Assembly: GCA_004764695.1 (NCBI GenBank)
Contig: SMSO01000033.1
Location: 1,240,001-1,304,000, forward strand
Length of the DNA stretch: 64,000 bases
Direction of reading: 5' to 3'
DNA from: Schizochytrium sp. TIO01
Lineage: Eukaryota > Protista > Bigyra: Labyrinthulomycetes
Made by a program: the position numbers and the translations under genes. Below the pieces are notes generated by a model. That model ran no database searches and had not been told where the DNA came from. It saw nothing but the letters and a program-made list of their open reading frames with translations. Numbering within the stretch: the stretch's first letter is position 1; every line of letters begins with the position of its first letter. Shown here piece by piece: positions 11,654-21,588 of the stretch.

Positions 11654-14600
11654 ATGAGTGGAAATGACGAAGCTGAGGAGGTTGCCGCCTTGGATCGTGT
11701 GTTGACAAGGCTCGCTTTAACAGATGACAACGAGCGTCTTGAACGTGTGCTGGACAAACTCTTGCCACGTCTGCTCACGAGACTTGGAGACTCCGTCGCT
11801 GTGCGTAACAAAACCTTGCAGGTGCTACAGCATATCAACAAGCGTGTTAAGGACACTTTGAGCATTAAATTGCCATGCTTCGACCTCGTCGAGCTCACAA
11901 AATCTCGTGCAGCCAGTAGCAACATTACAGTGAACTTCGCTTTGGTGTATATCGAAATGGGTGCAGATCGACTAACTCCGGGCGAGAAAACACGGCTCGC
12001 ACCACAAATTTGTGAAGGTCTTGCAGATTTTCAGCCTGCACAGCGTGTCATTGCACTCCGCGTCTTGAGAAATGTGCTCCCAGCAATCACATTTTCGACA
12101 GAACTCGGTTGGTTCACGCCAGACACTACGCAGGAAGACCGAGCTGTGCTCTTGAGCTACTTTCTTGATTGGCTTTTTTTTGTTCCAGCAAGTCGATCGG
12201 CCACAACTAGAGTAATTCCGCCGGGGCTTACGCCAAGCCGTGTAGACGGCTTGAAGAGTAAGGCTGGCGAACTTCCGGATGCCGCAATCTTATCAGAAGT
12301 CCAGCAGTCCATTCTTCGCATGCTATCTGCACAGATATTCACTCCAGAAGAGTGTCTCCCGCACTTGGTCGTAGCACGCAGTGGTTTACGCCACGAGGTT
12401 GTAGATGCAGCTGAGATGACCATGGTACAAGTCATGAGAATTGTGGACCTTAACAAGCCTTCTCTCTTAGTTAATCTAATGTCTCTGGCTGCCCCATCAG
12501 TGAAAGAGTATGGTCAGACAGATGGATTGCGAAAAGAAGCTTCTGCTTCCGTAAGGGAGCGTGCCATAAGTGTTTTGTTACAGGCTGGGCCTGAAGGCTT
12601 ATCTGCAACTGTGGAACCTGCTACATTGGTAATTGAGGATGCACTAATCGGTACAGCAAGTGGGTCCTCAATGCGAGTACTCGCCCTGGAATTTATGGAG
12701 GTCCTTTTACGTGCAGTTCCCGCTGATGCGTTGATAGAAGCAAAGAGTGACTCAAAGCTTTCTCTTATCATCCGCAAACAGCTCGAACAAGTGAAGCAAT
12801 ATGCTACGAACCGGAATCGTTTGCAAGAGAGAGAACGCACGTATACTGCTCTTGGCCGTCTAGCTCATAAATTTCCAGCCATGTTTAGCGACAGCGTTCT
12901 TCTTGTCTCGGATCTGGTCAGTCTGCTTGAGGTTGATACTGAGATTCGCTTGTCAATTCAGGAAGCCCTGGGCAGTCTCTGTTTAGCCTTTTTACCTTCT
13001 TCAGGTGCATCTGCAAATGCAAGGACCACCATCAAGAAAATGATGCTGCCATATGCTTCGAGTACTGAACCACGTGCGCGATTGGTGGCTGCTGACTGGT
13101 GTAGACGTCTCTTTGGTTTTGAAGATTGTGAGTCACGTTTGGTATGTCTACGCCTCGCTTGCGACGGAGACCTCGCGACGCGCCAGGTTGCAATTCGGGG
13201 TCTTCTTCCAGAGCTATGTGGTCTACGCGGAGAAGCAGACGCTGCCTTGCCTCGCACAACATTGGAGTCTCAAGATGATCAAACGCGTAGAAAGAGGCGC
13301 CGTATGGAGCGCCGTGTTGAGAAATTCAGTTCTTGGGCCGTGGAAACACTGTCCACAGCTGCTGGTGTTGACCCTTCAAGACTGGCTTTGGCCTGGACGG
13401 ATTCTGTGCATTTATCTGAAGAGCACGCCATTCTTGTTCGCCGCTCCAAAGCAGGTGAGTTTCCACCTTTTAGTATTTGGATAAACTTTCTTGAAGGCCA
13501 GGAAAGATATCTAGAGGAAATGGCAGCATCTATGGATCGCATTCAACAAGCCCAGCTCGCCTCAATTTTGGGGTTTACGAGTGCATGCCTTGAGCAAACG
13601 GCTCATTTGGACCTTGAAACTCCTCGTACCAATCATCTAGAATTCTTTCGTTCTATCGTAGAAAAGGGCATGCAAGCTCGTGACGTAACTCAGATTAGAG
13701 TACTGCACCGAGTGGCATCAAAAAGTTTGCTCATACTCGTCGCTCGTCATTCTACTATTGCTGACATGCTGAAAACAGAGTGGCTACTTACATGGCTGGC
13801 AGCAGATTCGCCTGTCGTAAGAGAAAATGTAGCCGACCTTGTCGCATATTCCTCTGATGCCCGTAGTGACCCCAGCTTTATCACTGTTCTCTTGGAACGT
13901 GCTTCAAAACGAGTTCCGTCTGCAGCTGCAGCTCGCCATGGCGCTGTGCTCGCCATGGGGCGTCTTCTTGGGGAATCAGACCTTGAAATGGCCACGATGA
14001 AAACATTAAGCGAAAATCTATTAAAATTATTGCAAGAGCGTTCTAAGTTTAGAATTGTCACAGTGGCTACAATTGATGCTGTCGGTAGGGCAGCACAAAA
14101 GGACTGTCTAGCACTCGATGAGGAACAACTTAAAGATGTTGTCGAAGAGTTGCGCAAAATCACACAGGTTGAAGCACAGAGCAAGCAGGACGGCAACAGT
14201 GGCTCATCTTCATCATCTTCAGGAGGTGCCAGTGCTGCTGATGCTGAAACTTCCAATTTTGCTGCCATTGCTGGTGCTTTGCGAGCTTTGGGCAGTATTG
14301 CTGTCGTGGCACCGGACAACATCCGAGACGATATTATGCAAGTTTTGCTTGATGCTGGAACACAAAAGGAAGTTGAAGTACAACTGGTAATTGCCGAAGC
14401 TTATTCAAAGCTTGCGAAACGCAGTGACCAGGTTCTTAATGATGTAATTACACTAATTGTACGCAACGCTTCTACATCCATTCGGAACCGAGTCCGTGCC
14501 TCATCAGCATTTTGGCTATTGCAGATTGTGCGAGATTTTGCCTCTGAGGAATCTCTCCAATCTCATTTAGACGACTGCCATAGCACTTTTGCGCGCCTTT

Positions 14601-17416
14601 TGCGTGAACGCTCCGAGCTGACTCGCGAGTGTGCAGCTCGCGGCATGTCTTGGTGCTTCTACGCCGCTAGCAAGAATGGATTGCGCGACGAGCTTGTTTC
14701 AAGCCTTCCTCGCCACTTGGCTGTGAAGAGTACATTTATGTCAGACCTTAAACGCGACTACGAGAAGCAGAAAAGCAAGGAGGCTGCCGAGCGTGAGGGC
14801 GGCTTGGACGGAGCAGCACGTGCCGCTTCTGCAGCCGCGTCTGGAGGCACTGGGAATGATGACGATGATGATGAAGCAAATGTTGTGGACTTGCAAGCAA
14901 TGGCAGACCAGCTGAGGCAGGTTGTAGCGCCAGACGGCACAGTACGGACAGACGAGAATCAAGGTGGCCCAGCCCGCAATCCAGTAATTCTTCCGTTGCA
15001 TGCTGCATACAAAGAAATGTATGAGGTTGCAGTCCGCGTGCGACGGCCCGACTTAGTGTATCGCCTGTTATACCTCAGTGTTGGCGACCCTCTCTGGAGG
15101 ACTGCGTCTACGCGCCACTTTCGTTGTCCTGAGTTTGATGTGGACGAAATTGAGCTCGCTGCTGGTGAGAGCTCGACTGAGGACCAAGAAAAAGCAGAAG
15201 TGGTTCTCACTCATGGGCTAGATGCATCTATTGTAGAAACCCTTATTCCTATTCTTTTTCACTACCGGTATGACACCGATAAAGCAATGCGATCTGCCAT
15301 GACAAAATTGTGGGAAACCATTAGCTTCGACCTCGGCACAGACGTTGAAATTCTTCGGGGTTGTCTTGACGAAATAGTGCAAGAGCTTCTGCGAAACATT
15401 GGATCCAAAAAGGTGCGAGAGCGCCAAGCCGGCGCCCTCGCTATGGTCTTTGTCATTCGCGAAACTCCGGATTCTGATCTCCTGCGATACTTGGAGGATA
15501 TCTGGGTTCTTTCCCTCCGCTTGCTAGATGATCTGAGCGACGCCACGAAAGAGGCTGCTTTGAGATTGGCCAAAGCTTTGAATAACCTGACAGTACGTCT
15601 TTGTTCTATCAAAGAGAAAAGGACCAAGGAGTCTCGCCAGATTGCGCAAGAAGCGCTTGACATCGTTTTGCCTTTTCTAGTTGAGCAAGGACTCGGACGA
15701 AACCAAAGCAAGGAGGGCCAAGCCGTCAGTGTCCATACACTTGCACGCGTAGTGAAGGCTGCTGATGCGAATATTCGTCCTCATATTGCTGTTGTTATGA
15801 TTCGACTTTTGGAGAGCATGAGTGATCTGGAAGATCAAGTACTTCAATATGCTATGTTTCATACAAGCGATCAAGGCGGAGACCTACAAGTGAGTCGCGA
15901 GCAGCTTGAGACATTGCGGATTCAAGCTTCAAATGCGTCCCCTATGCAGGAAGCAGTTGAAGTATGCATTGATCAAATTCCAGCGAATGACGATCTCGGG
16001 GAGATTTGTCCGGAGCTTGCTCGCTTAGCCCGCTCTGGTGTCGGTCTGCCTACTCTAGCAGCCACAGCACGCGCCATTGCACGCATTGTAGCCCGTAGGG
16101 AGCTAGAGGAATCTCTGCGGCCTTATGCTGGTATCCTTCTCAAAGGTCTCGCCGCCTCGCTCAACGACAGAAGTAGTACCGTGCGTAGGACTTTTGCTGC
16201 CACGGCAGCAGCAGTTGCTCGTTTGGCGCCTGACAATGAGGTTCATGCATATGTTCAAGGTTTGCACAAGATTTACGTAAATAGCTTTGATGATGCTCGG
16301 GGCCGACTTACAACTGGCGGTGCAGTGCGCGAACTATTGAGTCGTTGCCCTGATGCTTTTCAAGAGCATCGCGATGTGCTTTTGCCTTTCATTTTCCTTG
16401 CTCGCCACGATGATGATGAAGAAATTTCTGACATGTGGCAACAGATCTGGATTGAAAATGCGGGTACCATTTCTCACGGTGTAAGCAATCATTTGGCACT
16501 TTTGATGCCAGCTTGTGAAGATGCTTTAACAAATACTTCCTGGCTTCGCAAACGTCAGGGCGCAGAGGCATTGCGTAGTATTGCATCAAATGTTGACAGT
16601 GAACGCATCTTGCAATATGCTGGGGCCATGCTTGATATGCTTGTTGCTGCGCTTCCAGGTCGGATTTGGAGTGGCAAAGAGTCTGTTCTTGCTGCCACAT
16701 GTGAGGTTTGGCGCCGCACGAGAACACTGCCGACAGTTTCCGATGACTATCGCTCACCCGAAGCATTTTGTATCAATGTTCTTCTCCCTGAGGCATCACG
16801 CTCGGGTGGTAATATCCCTAAAGCCTATACAATAGCTGCTTTTGATGCTATCACCACAGTGTGTGCTGCTGGCAACCCAACTAGCATTGATTTGATCGAA
16901 AAGCTTTTCGAGCGGGCTGAACAGGATGATAAAGATTCACAGATTGCTGCAAAGTCCTTTGAGGCGATTGGCACAGCGTGGTATGCTGAAGTGCCTGAAG
17001 AAAAGCTTGAAAAGGTCCACGCGCTTGCACAGACTGCTTTGGGCGGATCAGGCTATGTCGTCGCGGTGGGAGTGATGCGAGCTCTCAAGCGCATTTTCAA
17101 GGTTGTGCCTGTGTCGCAAGAGTTTGTCAAGCCGTTACATGATGTTGCATGGCGTTGTATTGTGGAAAATAGAAATACATCGGCCATCATCGCAGCTCTA
17201 TCCGCGCTACAAACATTTTTTCGTGATAATGAGGATACAACATCAGCGACTGGGGCTCCGAAGGCTCGCGCATTAGCGGCCAGCACGAAAGTTCGCGTCC
17301 AACCTTTGCTTGAGCACCGAGAATCTACTGTTGTTCATGCTGCAACCTCTTTACTTCATACATTAGAGCGCCATCTTCAGGGCGTTTCTGATTCTGATGA
17401 ATCGTACTATCAGTAG
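11654..17416 (+). CDS. ECM29: Proteasome adapter and scaffold protein ECM29 (HEAT repeats), 1920 aa
   Basis: The N-terminus LDRVLTRLALTDD...LLPRLL...VRNKTLQVLQHINKRV and NFALVYIEMG are typical of Ecm29. So are LIPILFHYRYD, LLESMSDLEDQVLQY, RSGVGLPT and LPGRIWSGKE. Length and helical-repeat character fit. Confidence 0.92.
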   Translation: MSGNDEAEEVAALDRVLTRLALTDDNERLERVLDKLLPRLLTRLGDSVAVRNKTLQVLQHINKRVKDTLSIKLPCFDLVELTKSRAASSNITVNFALVYIEMGADRLTPGEKTRLAPQICEGLADFQPAQRVIALRVLRNVLPAITFSTELGWFTPDTTQEDRAVLLSYFLDWLFFVPASRSATTRVIPPGLTPSRVDGLKSKAGELPDAAILSEVQQSILRMLSAQIFTPEECLPHLVVARSGLRHEVVDAAEMTMVQVMRIVDLNKPSLLVNLMSLAAPSVKEYGQTDGLRKEASASVRERAISVLLQAGPEGLSATVEPATLVIEDALIGTASGSSMRVLALEFMEVLLRAVPADALIEAKSDSKLSLIIRKQLEQVKQYATNRNRLQERERTYTALGRLAHKFPAMFSDSVLLVSDLVSLLEVDTEIRLSIQEALGSLCLAFLPSSGASANARTTIKKMMLPYASSTEPRARLVAADWCRRLFGFEDCESRLVCLRLACDGDLATRQVAIRGLLPELCGLRGEADAALPRTTLESQDDQTRRKRRRMERRVEKFSSWAVETLSTAAGVDPSRLALAWTDSVHLSEEHAILVRRSKAGEFPPFSIWINFLEGQERYLEEMAASMDRIQQAQLASILGFTSACLEQTAHLDLETPRTNHLEFFRSIVEKGMQARDVTQIRVLHRVASKSLLILVARHSTIADMLKTEWLLTWLAADSPVVRENVADLVAYSSDARSDPSFITVLLERASKRVPSAAAARHGAVLAMGRLLGESDLEMATMKTLSENLLKLLQERSKFRIVTVATIDAVGRAAQKDCLALDEEQLKDVVEELRKITQVEAQSKQDGNSGSSSSSSGGASAADAETSNFAAIAGALRALGSIAVVAPDNIRDDIMQVLLDAGTQKEVEVQLVIAEAYSKLAKRSDQVLNDVITLIVRNASTSIRNRVRASSAFWLLQIVRDFASEESLQSHLDDCHSTFARLLRERSELTRECAARGMSWCFYAASKNGLRDELVSSLPRHLAVKSTFMSDLKRDYEKQKSKEAAEREGGLDGAARAASAAASGGTGNDDDDDEANVVDLQAMADQLRQVVAPDGTVRTDENQGGPARNPVILPLHAAYKEMYEVAVRVRRPDLVYRLLYLSVGDPLWRTASTRHFRCPEFDVDEIELAAGESSTEDQEKAEVVLTHGLDASIVETLIPILFHYRYDTDKAMRSAMTKLWETISFDLGTDVEILRGCLDEIVQELLRNIGSKKVRERQAGALAMVFVIRETPDSDLLRYLEDIWVLSLRLLDDLSDATKEAALRLAKALNNLTVRLCSIKEKRTKESRQIAQEALDIVLPFLVEQGLGRNQSKEGQAVSVHTLARVVKAADANIRPHIAVVMIRLLESMSDLEDQVLQYAMFHTSDQGGDLQVSREQLETLRIQASNASPMQEAVEVCIDQIPANDDLGEICPELARLARSGVGLPTLAATARAIARIVARRELEESLRPYAGILLKGLAASLNDRSSTVRRTFAATAAAVARLAPDNEVHAYVQGLHKIYVNSFDDARGRLTTGGAVRELLSRCPDAFQEHRDVLLPFIFLARHDDDEEISDMWQQIWIENAGTISHGVSNHLALLMPACEDALTNTSWLRKRQGAEALRSIASNVDSERILQYAGAMLDMLVAALPGRIWSGKESVLAATCEVWRRTRTLPTVSDDYRSPEAFCINVLLPEASRSGGNIPKAYTIAAFDAITTVCAAGNPTSIDLIEKLFERAEQDDKDSQIAAKSFEAIGTAWYAEVPEEKLEKVHALAQTALGGSGYVVAVGVMRALKRIFKVVPVSQEFVKPLHDVAWRCIVENRNTSAIIAALSALQTFFRDNEDTTSATGAPKARALAASTKVRVQPLLEHRESTVVHAATSLLHTLERHLQGVSDSDESYYQ

Positions 17417-18956
17417 ACCTAATTTTTATCATTTTGATTTCACAGTTTTCAATGCAGTTCGTGCCAGTACAAATTAGAAGAAACCAATTGATAACCTGAT
17501 CAATCAAAAATTGATCAATGCCTCCAGCGATATACTATGGCACATCAATGCTTGATGTTTTAACGTTAAAGTTGAATCGTCAATTAATCCATCAGGTATT
17601 TTCAAGAGACAATTTTGACTCGAAGCTCCATCTCATACTACTTTCCATGAGGTTAAAATCTATTCTCATCTATTGGGTGACGGTCTGCAATGGCATCGCC
17701 CCGTTGAGCTCGTGCCTAGACGCAAGAACCTTGACCGCTGATAGCTAACCACCGTCCATCCACTCGATGTGTTCATGCCATCTTCGCTCTCTTCCAAGGA
17801 AACTGCAATTCGCAAGCAAGAGTAGCAGCTAGGTAGAACTAGGTACCATCTTCCTCGTTGGCTTTGTCGAGCCTAACCTCCGACTCGCCAAACTACCGCT
17901 GCGCTCTGCTAGCTTTGAGAACATATTCACCATTACGTCAGCGCTGGCACACACGATTGCTATCTATCGGTAACTAGTCCTACCTATGCTCTTTCATATC
18001 AGAATAAATTTATTTATCTAACACGGTAGTAGGCGGCCCAATAAGAGCTATTAGGCGACTACTAGGCTCTGCTTTCTCTGTAGGAGATAAAAAGTGAACT
18101 CAACAACTAACAAGATTTAACTAAGCCTCTCTAACTGCCACCATACTGCAAGGCAAGCCCAACTGTCATGCTGAGTCCTCGCTCCCTCCCCTCCAGTACG
18201 TGCAAGGAACCTCGAGACTCCTTTGGCTGCGGCTTCGTGCTGGTTTCTCGCAGGTTTTCCCAGCTCTGCGGCGGCGGACTCCCCCCCGAAGGCGCCTTTG
18301 GAGCCAGGATTGCAGCTTCAGTTCAGCGGTGCTTGCGGAACGCAAATTCTGATTTTTCCCGTGGGGCACTCAACCACGGTAGTTAAAGCGGTCCTTTGGG
18401 AAGCAGGGAAGGGAAAAAAGCGCTCGTCGCGACGCCGCCAGCGCAGCAGGTCCCTAACTTAGGTAGCTAGGCTCCCGCGTCCAAGCAGCTCGCCAGCTAG
18501 CTAGCCTGCTAGCAGCCCGCTCGGGACCAAACGGCCAAGCCAAGAAGCCAGGCAGCCAGCCCCGCCTTCCTCCTCCCGAGCAAACCCCTTCCGCTTCTGC
18601 AGGCAGCCTCAGCTCCGGATCAGCTCGAGCAGAGTCTCTCTTCGTCAGAAAAAAGCAAAGGAACAGACAATATAGGCTGTGAGCTAGCTAGCTAGCTAGC
18701 TAGACGTACGCTGAGGACTTCGAAGCGAGGGTTGCGAAGAAGGTTGCGGCTCTTGGCGCGAGGATATCGAGGTTGAGATTGTTGAAGGCTTGCTCATTGA
18801 GTGAGTTCATCACCGGTGTGGATATATCTTAAATTTTATTCCTAGTTTGTGCGCTGAAGGGCAGCAAGCAACGACTATTTGATTAAACAAACTGCCGACC
18901 GTCGCGGTTTTGTGTTGCGAATAGATTGCCATTGATATTTTGCGATAAATATAAAG

Positions 18957-20117
18957 ATGATGGCGAGCAACAACATGATGTTCACGCCGTCGAAGCAGCA
19001 GCGCTTTGATGAGGACGATGATGCATCTATGGATGGGGACATGACTGACCCTGCGCTGACACCGTCCCCGGCGCCAATGCAGACTCCAGTGGGTCAACGT
19101 ATTGGTCGTCGCAAGCTCACGCGCCAGGCGGTGGCGCAGCCCATCAAGAAGAAGCTCAGGTTCTTCTCTGCGGGCACGATTATTCCGCACTCTGCAAAGA
19201 ACGGTGAGGGAGAGGATGCCATGTTCATGGCCCAGGATGGTTCCGCAATGGCTGTGAGTGATGGCGTCGGTGGTTGGAGCAAGCTTGGTATTGACTCTGG
19301 TGAGTACTCCCGCGAGCTCATGCACAACGCGAACCGTTTTGTCGAGGATTCAGGCTCCACAGACCCACTCGAGATCTTGTGCGTCTCTCATGATGCTGCT
19401 ACTAAAACGGGAACGGCTACTGCATGTATTATGACGATTAACGGCGAGACTATGCGCTGTGCAAACCTCGGCGATAGCGGTTATGTTGTTCTTCGGCCAA
19501 ATGATAACCGCTACATTGTTTTGACTGTTTCAGAGAGTCAGCAGCACGACTTTAACTGCCCCAAACAAATTGGTACGAACGCTGTTGATCACCCACATGA
19601 TGCTGATCGCTACGAGGTAACCCTCCGCGAGGGTGACTTAGTAATCATGGGTACTGATGGCTTGTTTGACAACCTCGGTATCGACGATATCATTACTGTG
19701 CTTGGCATGAGCGAGGAGGAAATTACCAACGAGGACGCTGTCGTGCGGCGAATTTCTCACAATCTTGCACGAGCAGCATACAAGGTGTCTCAATGCCCAC
19801 AGTATACGACGCCGTTCGCCCGTGCTGCTCAGGAGCATGATCTGGATCATGAGGGTGGTAAGGAGGATGACATTACTGTCATTTTTGCTGTTGTGGGTGA
19901 GGATCCCTATAATGCGAAGCCGGAGGTCTATTTCCCCCCGAGCGCGTTCCCACAAGTAAGCAAGCAGGCTGACTCGTCCCCTTCTTCTGTATATCTTGAC
20001 TACGACTCTTCTGCATCCCCTGCATCAACTATGTCATCTTCGCCATCAACGATGCATGCCGAGGATATAGAGGAAACTTTCCAATTTGGAATTGCCAACA
20101 TGGATGAGGAAGAGTGA
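18957..20117 (+). CDS. PP2C-family protein phosphatase, PTC7/PPTC7-like, 386 aa
   Basis: GEDAMF, AVSDGVGGW, GTATAC, ANLGDSGY, QQHDFNCPKQ, GTDGLFDN and GGKEDDITV: the metal-binding aspartate motifs of the PTC7 subfamily. Confidence 0.9.
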   Translation: MMASNNMMFTPSKQQRFDEDDDASMDGDMTDPALTPSPAPMQTPVGQRIGRRKLTRQAVAQPIKKKLRFFSAGTIIPHSAKNGEGEDAMFMAQDGSAMAVSDGVGGWSKLGIDSGEYSRELMHNANRFVEDSGSTDPLEILCVSHDAATKTGTATACIMTINGETMRCANLGDSGYVVLRPNDNRYIVLTVSESQQHDFNCPKQIGTNAVDHPHDADRYEVTLREGDLVIMGTDGLFDNLGIDDIITVLGMSEEEITNEDAVVRRISHNLARAAYKVSQCPQYTTPFARAAQEHDLDHEGGKEDDITVIFAVVGEDPYNAKPEVYFPPSAFPQVSKQADSSPSSVYLDYDSSASPASTMSSSPSTMHAEDIEETFQFGIANMDEEE

Positions 20118-21588
20118 ATAAACACTTTCTTTTCTCTGCCAATCATAATTCAGGCAAACCAACATAGCCCATCCCCAAATGCGCAGCTTTTGTAGGTCTG
20201 CGCATTTGATAAACAAAGCCAAGCAGTCAGCTTTGGAGTTTTTCTGTTCTGCTGCTGTAAAACGTATTCAGCATAGTAATGATGCATATATACGATCGGT
20301 TCCCAACGCCAATTCCTTTTCTTCGTTGTCTTTTAGACTTTTGTCAAGTCCTGACAGGAGTATTAAACCAATTTTAAACTTGTGAACTTTTAAGAAAATA
20401 GACTTGCAAGTTCACTCTTCACTGATTTTCTAAATAAATAAATCTGTATTCGCTTTTTCTAATCTCTTCCCTCTAAAAAAAATAAATCTTCTCACTAACA
20501 TTTTAGAAGATGGTTTGAAACAATCAAGTTCAACTGAATTATCTTTCAGAAAACCAACATGATTCTTCACGGCCTGCATCCCATGTTGATTAATAATACT
20601 TATTTGGTCTCATTTTGTGATTTTTGAATGAAGTCTTGCCCATATTATTTCTCTCGTCAAAGTCCAAAGAAAAAGTCCACCTTCCTTTGTATTCCATCAT
20701 CTAACTTTATTTTTGGGTTGATTATTGCATGGTTCTGTCACCAATGTACTTAAATACTACAACAGAGGAGACTTGCCAATATTGAGCATCTTGTCAGGCT
20801 AGTTTAGCCATTCGGAAAAAACAGAGGAAAAAAAAATCAATCAAGTTTAAAGCTGACAATAATGGGATTGATCGATTCTATTGTATAAAAACCTTGGTTC
20901 CCTGTTTTCATCATATTTTTTTTTTAATAAATTGTTGTTCTCGATGATGGATCTGTCCTGGCGATAGATGAAAGACATCATCTCTTTCCAGTAATAGGCC
21001 TAATATTCCTTCTTTCTACAATTTTGAATACAGTGAGACGGTTCTTTCAACTTTCACGAACATGTTATAATCTTGCAATGTTTTCTTTTGCTATATCAAA
21101 ATTATGATATTTTTCGGTGCCAATTTCAATATAACTACGTCGTACTTATCGTATAGTATGTCTCTATTCCAACATTGCATATAAATTTAATTATTTTGAA
21201 GTTTGTTGTCTCTACCAAAGCCCTTGTATTAAAAACAATGATAGTATCTGCTTTTGCGAATTAGTCATGAAATCTGTTTCCTGTAGTACTACTGACACCT
21301 TGTAAGAAATCATTATATTGAATGCTGTCATGCGTAATTCGTATAAAATTGATCTTGCGGAGCATTCGCTTTTCACGTAACGTTAAATCATTCAAGTCTG
21401 ATGCTTCTTTTCAATTATAATTTTTCATTATTTTCTTCTAAAGAAACAAATAAAAGTAAACAAAAGAAATACTTCCAGTTGACACAGCTATTTGGTACGC
21501 AAGATGCCAAAAGCTCTATGTGAATAGGAGTAAGCGTAACTATGAAGCACAAATTTATCATACCAGGAAGCCTTAAGAAACTGTATGA

